A DNA stretch of 64,000 nt. Origin: the human T2T-CHM13v2.0 reference genome, Homo sapiens. Of the stretch, positions 28,907-44,585 are shown piece after piece (the first letter of the stretch is position 1; every line of letters starts with the position of its first letter). The stretch lies in assembly GCF_009914755.1 (NCBI RefSeq), contig NC_060937.1, one strand, 5' to 3'. A program made the position numbers and the translations under genes. Under the pieces are notes generated by a model. The model did no database searches. It was not told where the DNA came from and worked only from the letters and a program-made list of their open reading frames with translations.

Positions 28907-29285
28907 TGATATGGTTAGGCTTTGTGCTCCCACCCAAATCTCATCTCCAATTGTAGTTCCCATAATTCCCACATATCATGGGGAAGGACCAGGTATGAGG
29001 TAATTGAATCATGGAGGCAGTTTCCCGCTGTGCTGTTCTCATGATAGTGAGTGAGTTCTCATGAGATCTGATGGTTTTATAAGGGAGTTTTCCCTTCTTT
29101 GCTCTTCATTTCTCTCTCCTGTTGCCATGTTAAGAAGGACATGTTTGCTTCCCCTTCCACCATGATTGTAAGTTTCCTGAGGCTTCCCCAGCCATGCAAA
29201 ACTGTGAGCCAATTAAATCTCTTTCCTTTATAAATTACCCAGTCTCAGGTATTTCTTCACAGCAGTGTGAGAACAGACTAATACA
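28907..29285 (+). mobile_element. THE1 (THE1C/D-like) MaLR LTR
   Basis: tgatatggtt...ccatgattgtaagtttcctgagg...gaacagactaataca. Confidence 0.93.
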
Positions 29286-30344
29286 TAGGATATTGGTAAT
29301 TACAAAGACTATAGATTTGGTCAGTTGCTATTAAATGACATTGATGTGTTGAAGAAAGAAAACCACTCAAACTAACCAGCCAAGAACCCAGGAAATTATG
29401 TAAAAGTCACAAAATCTTTTTGGCAATATTTAAGGAAGCTCCCATCTTCTAAAGCTGGAGAATGGATTGCACTGAAAATCAAGCCTGGCATCAGATTGTG
29501 AGAGTAGTAGAATTACCAAGAAGCCTAAGAGATAGTCCTGGCAAGTCTCTTTCTAAAATTACAGACCTGATAGGAAAAGAATGGGACTCTGATATCTAGA
29601 ATGAATTGATTTGAGAATCTTAAAATCTTTCCAGATCTCCATGAACTTTTGGACTTGCATAAATGGCCTACTGAATTTCCCTGATTTCCTTGAACTCCTG
29701 GGCCTGCAGAAGTTACCAATCCCTCTTACCAGAGGATAGCAGTCACTTTCACTCCCAACCCTGCCTTGCCTGGATATGATGCAGAGGACTCACCTAAGGC
29801 AGATATTTTGCAAGATAATGTGCTTGCAGATATACTTACTTCAAGATTTGCTTCAACCTCCCCTCTTAGTATCTAGGCTTAATGTGAGCATGGCCCAACT
29901 GGGGAAGCTGATAGGTGCACTTGTGATTGGGAATGGGACACTTACATCTATTAGAGCATCTCCCTCACACAATACTCAGTAATTACATATTAGTTAACAC
30001 AACATCCTGGCCCAACTAGGGAAGCACTGTCTCTGATTTGGGAGGAAAGAGACTATTCAGCAGATGAGTTGCAGGACCTGGCTAAAATACATATCAGGAA
30101 AACATGCTTAGAAATTGATCTTGAGAGTAACACACAAAAAGTCACAAAATAAGGCTGAATAAAGGAAAATTTATTGATATGAGTCTCTCATATGGATTTA
30201 ATATCCTCGCAAGGACACCAGGAGTCAGCTATACTCTTGTGCTTGTATGATGGACATGCCAGAGCTGCCTTGACCAATCATTGAAGTAGGTGTCAAATGA
30301 CTCAGAGAGTTCACTACATTAGAATAGATTTATTGTTTTTGCTT

Positions 30345-31190
30345 TGATTTTCTGATACCCATTTTCTGATATGAATTTCTGTTACTAAGTTTAGTTAACT
30401 AATACCAGTGTCCCAAGAGCACTGTCTACATTTCAGTTATGAAGATATATTAACTGTGAGTAATTGCATAAAATACAAACTTTGCTCTCTCTTCAGTGGA
30501 TAAAGCACTATATAAATGACAGATGCACATCCTAACCAGTGACCAATTGTGTCACTTTTTAAAAAATCTTTAGGTAATTAGCCAATGCATATCTGTTATT
30601 AAGTTCACACACAGATGGCAAATGTATAGTTGTGTCATCTCCTTGTCTCCCAGTGATAAAGCCATATGACATTTTACAAAAATGGATACTTGAAAGAGGG
30701 AACCGCCTGCCAAATATGAAAGTACAGCAAGGAAACAAAAAGCATAATGTTTGAAGTGAAATTCTAATCAAATGTAAATGGGCTTATAGAATAAATAGTT
30801 GACTGTGGGAATGTTGACACCTCTGCTATTTATGAGAGTCTAGACGTGCAGTCAGAGAAACTTAGCAAAGGCAACTGTATCAGTCTAAATGAGAAAAGTG
30901 GTCATGATGGAAAGGTTAAAGAGAAAACGATGCCAGTGAGAAATTTCACATTTAAGAGAACTCTCAGAGATAATTCAACGCATTAAAAGTAGAAAGGATA
31001 AAATGCTGGAATCTGATTCAAACTTAGAAAGTACTATGAAAATGTGCCAAGGCATACAAAAGATGCTCACTTTATATTGTATGTGATAGGAGAGGAAGAA
31101 GGCCAGCACTGTTCAAACTACTCTTGATAAGTTTTTTTTTCTTAACAAAGAAATAAAAAACTTCAATCATCAATGCTTTTACTAGATAGG
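30345..31190 (+). mobile_element. TcMar-Tigger relic (Tigger13a-like) nested in the ERV
   Basis: ccttgtctcccagtgataaa...gacattttacaaaaatggata...cactgttcaaactactcttgataag; subfamily recalled, not aligned. Confidence 0.6.
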
Positions 31191-31555
31191 CACTTAGTGA
31201 GAGTATTATTTTATCTGTTTAAGCAAAATAATCAAGAGCAGGTGATCCAAACGTTGATGTCAGCTGCCAACAACAACAAACAGATGAAGTCATGATCCTT
31301 TATTCACTTTCCAGAAATGAGGCAGTTCTCAGACTCAGCATTGATTGAAGAGAAAGATGGGCAGTCTTGAGGAAGCAGTTTGCAGTGCCTCAGCAAGCAC
31401 AGACAGTAGTAATTTCCCCATTTTTTCCCAGAGCCACTTACCAGAGTAATAATGCAGTGGTGAAAGGGGAATACTATGTATTTCCAGGGCTGTTGGATAA
31501 GGGTCTGAAATGCCATTGGTATGTTTTGAGAGAGGGAGTTTCTGGTGTTTGATTC

Positions 31556-31974
31556 TGTTATAGGTTGAATTGTGTCTCCTATAAAAAGAAATGTTGGTGT
31601 CTTAACCCTAAATACCTTAGCGTGTGACCTTATTTGGAGACAGGGTCTCTACAGAGGTAATCAAGTTAAAATACAGTCATTTGTGTGGGCTTTAATCCTA
31701 TATGACTTGTGTCGTTATAAAAAGGGGAAATTTGGACACAGAGACAGATACTTATAGAGGAAAAATGATGTAAAGAGACCCAGAAAGAAGATGCCATCTG
31801 CAAGCCAAGAAGAGAGGCCTGGAACAAATCCCTCATAGTCCTGGGAAGGAACCAACCCTGTCAATGCCTTGATTTCAGACTTCTAACTTCCAGAACCATG
31901 GGACAATGAGTTTCTAGTGTCATAGCCACCCAGTGTGTGGTGCTGTGTTATGGCAGCCATATCAAACTGATACA
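31556..31974 (+). mobile_element. MLT1B-like MaLR LTR nested in the ERV
   Basis: tgttataggttgaattgtgtc...gaccttatttgga...ggaaccaaccctg...aaactgataca. Confidence 0.9.
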
Positions 31975-33322
31975 AAGCCATAAATGGAGTCCTGGCCTAA
32001 GTCCATCTCACAGTGAGTTCAAAGGCTGCTGTGGTCATGTACTCATTCCCTGAGTCCCTACTCATGATGAACATATTTAGCAGAGTCAGAACCTTCAGAC
32101 TGGTTAATTGATCTGGAGAGTCAGAGCTGCTACTGGAGGAAAGACTGCATGGAAGCCCTTGAAATATCCTGCTGCCTTTCCAACAAAAACAGAAAATCAG
32201 AAGCAAGACTGCATCTCAGGTGGAATGGCAGCAATAAGAGATACCCTCAAAGAAGGATTCAGGGGTGGTTGTCACTATCGTCATTACTCTTACTTCTGGA
32301 AAAAAGCCAGATGGATTGGAACAGAAAATGTAAACTTCTGAAAACTTAGCCAAGTTTCCAGCTGCTCTTTTGGATGTACATTTACCAGAACAGATCAACA
32401 CAGTCTCTTGCACTTGGTGTACAGAAAATGATCTGGAGAAAGTGTTCTTTTCATTCTTTGCCAGAAAAATTTATCAGAAGCAATCTTCATTCATTCGGAA
32501 GAGACAAAAGTATGCTGAGTTATATTAACTCTCTTGCTCTTCATCACTATATAGTAAAAAGGTAACTTGAATATCTAAACATTCTACAGAAAATTCATAC
32601 TGGTCTACCATTTAGATGACATCCACATTAAATGGACCAGGAGAAGGAAGTCTTGAGTCCTCTGGATGCCTTGGTAAGACACATACACCAAAGGGTGAGA
32701 GAGAAATGCTACAGAGAATCAGAGGCCTCCCACATTGGTGAAAGTTTTAGAAGTATTGTGGTCTTGGTCCCCACCAAGCTAGAAAAGCTATTGTACCTTC
32801 TGTTTTCTACCACTGAGGAAAATGCAAGGTACTGGAAAGGCTGGTTGATTAGAGATCTGGAAGAAGTAAGATGAGAAGATCAATTACAAGAAATCTGTGA
32901 AAGAAAAATGTGGGTTGACTATTAGGAATGGACACAAAGTATGTGAGTCTTTGCATCCCACATCAGTACTTACGGTGATCATCCACATCAGAGAAGGAGT
33001 AGAAGACAAGACGGGTAGGATGATTTGTCCAGTGGAGTTTAGCAAGCTTTTCTTCTTGGCCATCCCAGTGTTTGCACAGTGGGCCCATGAGTGGAGTAGC
33101 CTTGTGCAAGGAGTGAAGGTGATGCATGAGCCTGGCAGCGGAGGCTCCCTCTCACCAGGGCTGATCTAGGCACTGCTACTGCAGAATGGCCAAACTGTCA
33201 GTGGTAAAAACTGATGCTGAGCCCTTGATAGGATGCTGTCCTCTGAAGACACCAACCTGGAGGTGACAGTCATTTGTCCTTACTGGATTGATACATATTT
33301 TGGTTATAAGTCTACCTTCCCT

Positions 33323-33583
33323 GGTTGAGTGTTGTGGCTCATGCCTGTAATCCCAACACTTTTGGGAGGCCAATTTGGGAGGATTGCTTGAGGCAAGGAA
33401 TTCTAGAACAGTCTGGGAAACAGTAAGACCCTGTCTCTACAAAGAAACAAACAAACTGGGTGTGGTGGTGAGTAACTGCAGTCCCACTTGGGAGGCTGAG
33501 GTGGGAGGACTGCTTGGAGCCATGGCTCTCTAGCCTGGATGACAGAGCAAGACCCAGTCTTAAAAAAAAAAAAAGAAACAAGA
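33323..33583 (+). mobile_element. AluJ with internal deletion, nested in ERV pol
   Basis: TSD aagtctaccttcc at 33308-33320 and 33584-33596. Confidence 0.92.
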
Positions 33584-34623
33584 AAGTCTACCTTCCTTGC
33601 CATAGCACCTTGTTCTGTGCCATTATCTGAGGGATCAGCCCATGTCTGATTTGTGGTTGTATCTCACATAGCTTCACCTTGGGTCAAGGGACCACATTTG
33701 TGCCAAGGAGTAAGCACATGTCCATGAAATCCACTTGTCTTACTATATCACCCAGAAATTGCTGGCTTGAATGTTTAAAAGGCCACTGAGAGGTCAAGCA
33801 AAGGCATCAGCCTGGAGTTGCTGGGTGCTATCTTTAAAGATGTGGTATATACCTTGAATTAACATATACTGCTATGTCTTCCTTAGGTAGAACAAATGCA
33901 TGTAGGATCCAACGCATGGTAGTGTAAGTTGCCTTTACATCATTACTCTGTAACCCACTCTGGGGGAAGGTGTGCTTTCCATTCCCACAACTTTAAGCTT
34001 TGGTCTCGAGGTCTAGGTTCCCAAGGGACAAATTAATTGTTTCTGTAAATATAAGATTATAGCAGTAGCCTGGTCATTTTGGACTTCTTACACTAATAGA
34101 CTAGAAGGTAAAGAAGGATTAGTATATTGAAAAGAATAATTGGCTTTGATGATCATAAAGAGAAAGATTGCTGCTACATAATAATGACAGGAAGAAGTAT
34201 GTTTGAAACTCAGGAGATTCACTGGGTACCTCTTTATAACTTCAAGTCCAATGATTACCATAAGTGGAAACTGCTGGAACAACATCCTGACAAAGTTAAG
34301 GTAACTGGAGGGGCAGACCTCTTAGGCACGAAGGTCTGTGCTATCTTGTTGAACGACAGACCTGCACGAGCAGAAGTGCTATCCAAGAGGGAGAAGAATC
34401 TAGAATGTGTGTTAGATGTGGGAGAGGGTGAATATCAGTTGTGCGCTTGGGATCAACTGCAACAGCTAATAGAAACTGTAGCTTGTACTAGTATAAACCT
34501 CGTTGTAAGTTTTTCTTTTCTTAAATAAAAATTGTGTCTGGCTACCACTTTGAAGAAACAGTAACAAGATGCAGTGAAATTAACGTGGGGACAGGGAGCA
34601 TCTGATTGGCACAAGGGATAGAC

Positions 34624-35469
34624 AGTAGCAGATGGAGTCAGTTCCCCATCCACATCTCTGGAGAATTCACCTCATTTCCAATGGCAGCTATCTGCATTTG
34701 TGACTAAGGCTCTCTTTGCCTGCAGTGGTGGAGAGCTGCCTGTACTTATGACAATCTAGAAGCACCAGTGAATCAACAGTCCCTATGGGACAGCCTCCAG
34801 CCAGCAACCCTCCTATGCAGGTGTATGAAAACCTGAGCTTCCTTGCTGCTAGGCTTGGACAATTCTGAGGTGTATGTTTTGCATGCATTTCTCAGAGCTT
34901 CCTTGTGGGATTAAGCTTTAATTGCTCACTGTGGAATACTATGCAGCTATAAAAAGAACAAGGTAATGTCTTTTGCAGGAACATGGATGGAGACGGAGGC
35001 CGTTATCCTTAACAAACTAATGCAGGAACAGAAAACTAAATACTACATGTTCTCACTTAGAAGTGGGAGCTAAATAATGTTAACACATGTATACGTGGAG
35101 GGGATCAACACACACTGGGGCCTATTGGAGGGTGGAGAAGGGAGAGAATCAGGAAAAGTAACTAATGGGTATTAGGCTTAATACCTGGGTTGATGAAATA
35201 ATCTGTATAACAAACCCCCATGACACAAGTTTACTTCCTATATAACAAACCTGCTCAAGTATGCCTGATCTTAAAATAAAAGTTAATTGAAAAAATGCTT
35301 TAATTTCTCACTATGATAACTAGTTTAATGGCGCAGCCCTTATAGGCTACTTTCCCTTTCTTGTCTTACTGTCCCATTTTCTTACTACTGTTACCTGCAC
35401 TTCCCAACTAAACTATGCACATGATTCCTTGTTTAAGGGCCTGTTTCTGGGGGAACGCTAAATAAGACA
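34624..35469 (+). mobile_element. 3' LTR (LTR16-like), split by an L1 insertion
   Basis: caattctgaggtgt...gggattaagcttt...cacttcccaactaaact...ggcctgtttctggggga. Confidence 0.75.
34931..35296 (+). mobile_element. 5'-truncated L1PA13-like 3' end
   Basis: ggaatactatgcagc...cttaaaataaaagtt; TSD gctttaatt(g/t)ctcact at 34915-34930 and 35297-35312. Confidence 0.92.
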
Positions 35470-36368
35470 GATCCTAAAATTTTTACATATTTACTTATCG
35501 CTTTATCATTCAATGTACATTGTTACCAATAGTAATGCCAGTATTAATGCTAGCAGTAAACCTAATGTGAATGGTTTAAGATTTCTTTAATCTATTTTTA
35601 TTCTTAAACCATATCACATTTATGATGTGTAATCAGAATATTATATTTAAAAAGTTACATGTAGTTTGAATTAAAACATTGTCTCAGTATTTCTAACTGC
35701 TGGAGATGACGATGACAGGGGGATTCTCTGTGTCCGTTTAGGCTATCATTTTGCCTGGAGGTTCAATGACATGATTTTTTGATCATCTGCAATGTTGTTT
35801 TCTAGTTGAGAGGATTACCAGAGGTCAAATAAGGATAGAGAGGGTGGGGAGGCAGGGAAACATGGATCACAGCACACTGAGTTGGGACTTATCAGCATTG
35901 CTGTGAGTCACATCAATCTTTTTAATGTCAAAAATTTAGAGTTAAGGAAATAAGCATACTTGGTTAGCAGAAAACCCAAATCAAAGCCTCTCTACTTTTT
36001 TTTTGTTTTCAGTAAATGGCTAACCACATTCAAGGATGAAAGATAATATAAAAAAGAACCAGCATAAAGACTTTCATAAAAAGGGAAAGGAACAAAAACA
36101 AAATGGAGATTTGTAAGAGGAATTATCTAGGGAAATAGAATAATTCACTCAGAAATAAGAATTCATTTCAGCTCATAAAAGTCAATAGATTCTTTCTATA
36201 CCATCAAAAGCCAGAAAGAAAATACAACATAATATAAGAAGTCATTTGCAAAAGGAAAATAGCTCTATCTTTTCTAGGAATTAACCTAACGATGAACAAA
36301 AGAAAAATATTCAAACTCGATTGAAGGACATAAAAAATCTGAATAAATAAAGACATATGATATACATG

Positions 36369-36369
<1 letters not shown>

Positions 36370-36403
<34 letters not shown>
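36370..36403. repeat. (CA)17 microsatellite
   Basis: Directly visible. Confidence 0.97.
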
Positions 36404-36407
<4 letters not shown>

Positions 36408-37352
36408 TATAGTCTATAAATTTAGTGTTTCTCCAACAAATTGCCATGGGCCCTTCTGAAAGTGCAAGTCGAGGCAGCCGTTTGTATTGTGTGACTGCTA
36501 GTAAATAAGACACCCCCTTTCCTAAAGCCACTGTTAGAATAATTCTGAAAAAAAAAAAAAATAAAAATAAAAAAAAAATAAAAATAAAAGGGAATGTGAA
36601 TCTTATCCAATCAACTTCTAATAGCATATTGTTTGTAATTAAGAATGAATCTTCACAGGGACAAAGCTATAATGACCTTGTGTGGTGCTGATTCCATACT
36701 CCCCTTGCCAGGAATGTCACCTCTAGTGCTAAGTGGGGTATGGCTGTATTCAAACGAGGCAATGTTGAGGGCACAAGACAGTTAGCAGTGGGAACTTAAG
36801 CTGCAAGGTTGCATATGAAGAGGCTAGAGCCTGAAAGCCAGAGGAGAGAGACAAACGTGCAACATGGAGAGAGTAATTGGTTCCTAGGGATTCATCAGTT
36901 TCTGACTGCTTACTAGTTAACAGTTTTAATTCTAGACCTTACGTATATCTTTATAATAAGCTCAATATTATTCTTAAGGTGGTCTGAGTGACTCTTAGTC
37001 TTTTCTTTTTAAGACATAATTTTCTCTAGTATCTTGCTATCCTTGCACATTATTATTATTGATCCATGAAAGATATTTAAACATATCATTCTTTTGCACT
37101 CTTTTATCTATTTTTTCTTCATCTTTTTTTTTCTTTTTTTTTTATTATTATACTTTAAGTTTTAGGGTACATGTGCACATTGTGCAGGTTAGTTACATAT
37201 GTATACATGTACCATGCTGGTGCGCTGCACCCACTAACTCGTCATCTAGCATTAGGTATATCTCCCAATGCTATTCCCTCCCCACTCCCCCCACCCCACC
37301 ACAGTCCCCAGAGTGTGATATTCCCCTTCCTGTGTCTATGTGATCTCATTGT

Positions 37353-41206
<3,854 letters not shown>

Positions 41207-41242
41207 TTAGTTGATGCAGTTTCTTCCTAGTCTCGATGGTCT

Positions 41243-42259
41243 TTACATTTTGGCATGATTTTGCAGCGGCTGGTACCGGTTGTTCCTTTCCATGTTTAGC
41301 GCTTCCTTCAGGAGCTCTGTTAGGGCAGGCCTGGTGGTGACAAAATCTCTCAGCATTTGCTTGTCTGTAAAGTATTTTATTTCTCCTTCACTTATGAAGC
41401 TTAGTTTGGCTGGATGTGAAATTCTGGGTTGAAAATTCTTTTCTTTAAGAATGTTGAATATTGGCCCCCACTCTCTTCTGGCTTATAGGGTTTCTGCCGA
41501 GAGATCCGCTGTTAGTCTGATGGGCTTCCCTTTGAGGGTAACCCGACCTTTCTCTCTGGCTGCCCTTAACGTTTTTTCCTTCATTTCAACTTTGGTGAGT
41601 CTGACAATTATGTGTCTTGGAGTTGTTCTTCTCGAGGAGTATCTTTGTGGCGTTCTCTGTATTTCCTGAATCTGAACGTTGGCCTGCCTTGCTAGATTGG
41701 GGAAGTTCTCCTGGATAATATCCTGCAGAGTGTTTTCCAACTTGGTTCCATTCTCCCCATCACTTTCAGGTACACCAATCCAACGTAGATTTGGTCTTTT
41801 CACATAGTCCCATATTTCTTGGAGGCTTTGCTGATTTCTTTTTATTCTTTTTTCTCTAAACTTCCCTTCTCGCTTCATTTCATTCATTTCATCTTCCATT
41901 GCTGATACCCTTTCTTCCAGTTGATCACATCGGCTCCTGAGGCTTCTGCATTCTTCACGTAGTTCTCGAGCCTTGGTTTTCAGCTCCATCACCTCCTTTA
42001 AGCACTTCTCTGTATTGGTTATTCTAGTTATACACTCTTCTAAATTTTTTTCAAAGTTTTCAACTTCTTTGCCTTTGGTTTGAATGTCCTCCCGTAGCTC
42101 AGAGTAATTTGATCGTCTGAAGCCTTCTTCTCTCAGCTCGTCAAAGTCATTCTCCATCCAGCTTTGTTCCATTGCTGGTGAGGAACTGCCTTCCTTTGGA
42201 GGAGGAGAGGCGCTCTGCGTTTTAGAGTTTCCCGTTTTTCTGTTCTGTTTTTTCCCCAT
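41243..42259 (-). pseudogene. L1 ORF1p with premature stop after residue 258
   Basis: MGKKQNRKTGNSK...AETL* (TAA at 41483-41485 where the consensus has Gln); natural stop at 41243 gives the 338-codon span. Confidence 0.97.
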
Positions 42260-43162
42260 CTTTGTGGTTTTATCTACTTTTGGTCTTTGATGATGGTGAT
42301 GTACAGATGGGTTTTTGGTGTGGATGTCCTTTCTGTTTGTTAGTTTTCCTTCTAACAGACAGGACCCTCAGCTGCAGGTCTGTTGGAATACCCTGCCGTG
42401 TGAGGTGTCAGTGCGCCCCTGCTGGGGGGTGCCTCCCAGTTAGGCTGCTCGGGGGTCAGGGGTCAGGGACCCACTTGAGGAGGCAGTCTGCCCGTTCTCA
42501 GATCTCCAGCTGCGTGCTGGGAGAACCACTGCTCTCTTCAAAGCTGTCAGACAGGGACATTTAAGTCTGCAGAGGTTACTGCTGTCTTTTTGTTTGTCTG
42601 TGCCCTGTCCCCAGAGGTGGAGCCTACAGAGGCAGGCAGGCCTCCTTGAGCTGTGGTGGGCTCCACCCAGTTCGAGCTTCCCGGCTGCTTTGTTTACCTA
42701 AGCAAGCCTGGGCAATGGCGGGCGCCCCTCCCCCAGCCTCGCTGCCGCCTTGCAGTTTGATCTCAGACTGCTGTGCTAGCAATCAGCGAGATTCCGTGGG
42801 CGTAGGACCCTCCGAGCCAGGTGCCGGATATAATCTCGTGGTGCGCTGTTTTTTAAGCCGGTCCGAGAAGCGCAATATTCGGGTGGGAGTGACCCGATTT
42901 TCCAGGTGAGTCTGTCACCCCTTTCTTTGACTCGGAAAGGGAACTCCCTGACCCCTTGTGCTTCCCAAGTGAGGCAATGCCTCCCCCTGCTTCGGCTCAC
43001 GCACGGTGCATGCACCCACTGACCTGCGCCCACTGTCTGGCACTCCCTAGTGAGATGAACCCGGTACCTCAGATGGAAATGCAGAAATCACCCATCTTCT
43101 GCGTCGCTCACGCTGGGAGCTGTAGACCGGAGCTGTTCCTATTCGGCCATCTTGGCTCCTCC
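42260..43162. promoter_or_regulatory. L1 5'UTR: CpG-rich sense promoter (minus) and antisense promoter (plus); YY1 site intact
   Basis: caagatggcc at 43145-43154 on minus; retained CpGs; promoter function is established for this L1 class. Confidence 0.85.
42715..42909 (+). CDS. L1 antisense ORF0, truncated to 64 aa
   Basis: MAGAPPPASLPPCSLISDCCASNQRDSVGVGPSEPG...RVGVTRFSR*, strong Kozak gcaATGg; expression unknown. Confidence 0.75.
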   Translation: MAGAPPPASLPPCSLISDCCASNQRDSVGVGPSEPGAGYNLVVRCFLSRSEKRNIRVGVTRFSR

Positions 43163-44109
43163 CTTCATCTTTTTTTTTGCTTTGCAAGTATCATTTGTTC
43201 TCTTCTCTTGTCTTTCCTTTCATTCTCTTCCTTTCTCTCAGATCTTCAATTCTATTTCATCCCTAAATGCACCCACTCTGAGACATTTTTTACATGTACT
43301 TAAGCTTCTTGTAAAGTATATGGTGTTATACATGTATGTGTTTTTATTTTTCTTAAATAGCATGGAGCTATGAATCTCATTCTACCTATATTTTTCCCCA
43401 ATCAACATTATGTTTTAAAGATCTATTCACATTGTTGTATATATGTTCATTTTGTTGCTTCTAATTTCTGAGTGTTATTTCATAGTATGCATTTATCATA
43501 CTTATCCACCCACAAAATGGGTAAACAATGATTTGATAAACATTCTGTATTGTGCTCCTATACTGACTTTTTCTTATTTCTCTGGATATGCATATCACAA
43601 AATAAGATCAACGGGTCTAGGGCCTATCCCTATACAATTTTATTGAGTAATTTTACAACATTCTGCCAGATTGTTCTTAAGAATGGCTGTGGAATATGAG
43701 TTTTAATTTCCTTTTGTTCTCAGTTGGTACCATCAATATTTTTTAACTTTAGCCATTCTAACAGAATAAAGTGCTGTCTCATAACTGAGTCACATGTAGC
43801 TGATTACTAAATTAGGGCATTCATTCATTAACTTTAGGTATTTAGCATTAAAGCTTCATATTCTGTAAATTGCTAATTCATATCCTCATTTTCTATTGGG
43901 CTTTCTTTTTCTTTTTGATTTGCAAAAATTTTTGTATGCTTTAAATATTAATCCCTTGTGGGTTTTAAAAATTGCATTTCTTTTCTTAGTTTGTCATGAC
44001 CTTTCAGCTTTGTTTAAGCTGGTCACCATTGAACTGAAATCTTTAATTTTGATATAGACTGTTCTATGAAGTTTAAAAAAATATTTCAATTTTATATTAT
44101 CATTTAAAG

Positions 44110-44357
44110 TTTTTTTTACAGATGGGGTCTCAATCTCCCACCAGGCTGGAGTATAGCCTTTCATATTTTTATAATAAGCTCCTTTTTTCTTAAGGTGGTC
44201 TGAGTGACTCTTAACACTTTTCTTTTTAAAGAATTAATTTTCCCCAGTATCTCTAACAATGGTGCTATGTGGTGCCATCATGGCTCATGGCAGTCTTGAA
44301 CTACTGGGCAAAAGTGATCCTCCTGCCTCAGCTGCCTGAGTAGCTGGGATTATAGGC
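44110..44357 (-). mobile_element. AluJ/FRAM arm interrupted by a ~110-bp non-Alu insert
   Basis: gatggggtctc...ggctggagtatag [44157-44269] tggtgccatcatggctca...gtgatcctcctgcctcag. Confidence 0.85.
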
Positions 44358-44585
44358 AATTTTGTTTTTAATTGTGGTTACTATCACATTACATAAAATT
44401 TACCAGCTTAAACATTTTTGAGTATACAGTTCACTAGTTGTAAGTATATTCATTGTCGTGTAACAGATTCCTACACTTTTTCATTTTGTAAAACTGAAAC
44501 TCTGTGCCCATTAAACACCAATTTCTCCTCTCTAAGCCCTTGGCAGCCACCTTTCTACTTTCTGTTTCTTTGATATTGACTATTT

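Larger units (their letters stand above)
27357..35469 (+). mobile_element. Ancient ERVL-class provirus (HERV16/ERV3-16-like) with two LTR16-type LTRs and decayed gag-pro-pol-dUTPase
   Basis: Similar LTRs at both ends (tgtagtagatg...ctaaactaaggca; agtagcagatg...ctaaataagaca). Protease-like FPGLLDKG (~31480-31503), RT-like LVYHLDDI (32600-32623), integrase-like caagggaccacattt (QGTHF, frameshifted, ~33685), dUTPase-like PGHFGLL (34069-34089); purine tract caagggatagac before the 3' LTR. Confidence 0.75.

Noticed and set aside
34127-34528. 133-aa ORF as a possible novel gene
   Set aside because: Lies in the decayed 3' pol/dUTPase region of the ERVL provirus; no independent gene structure.
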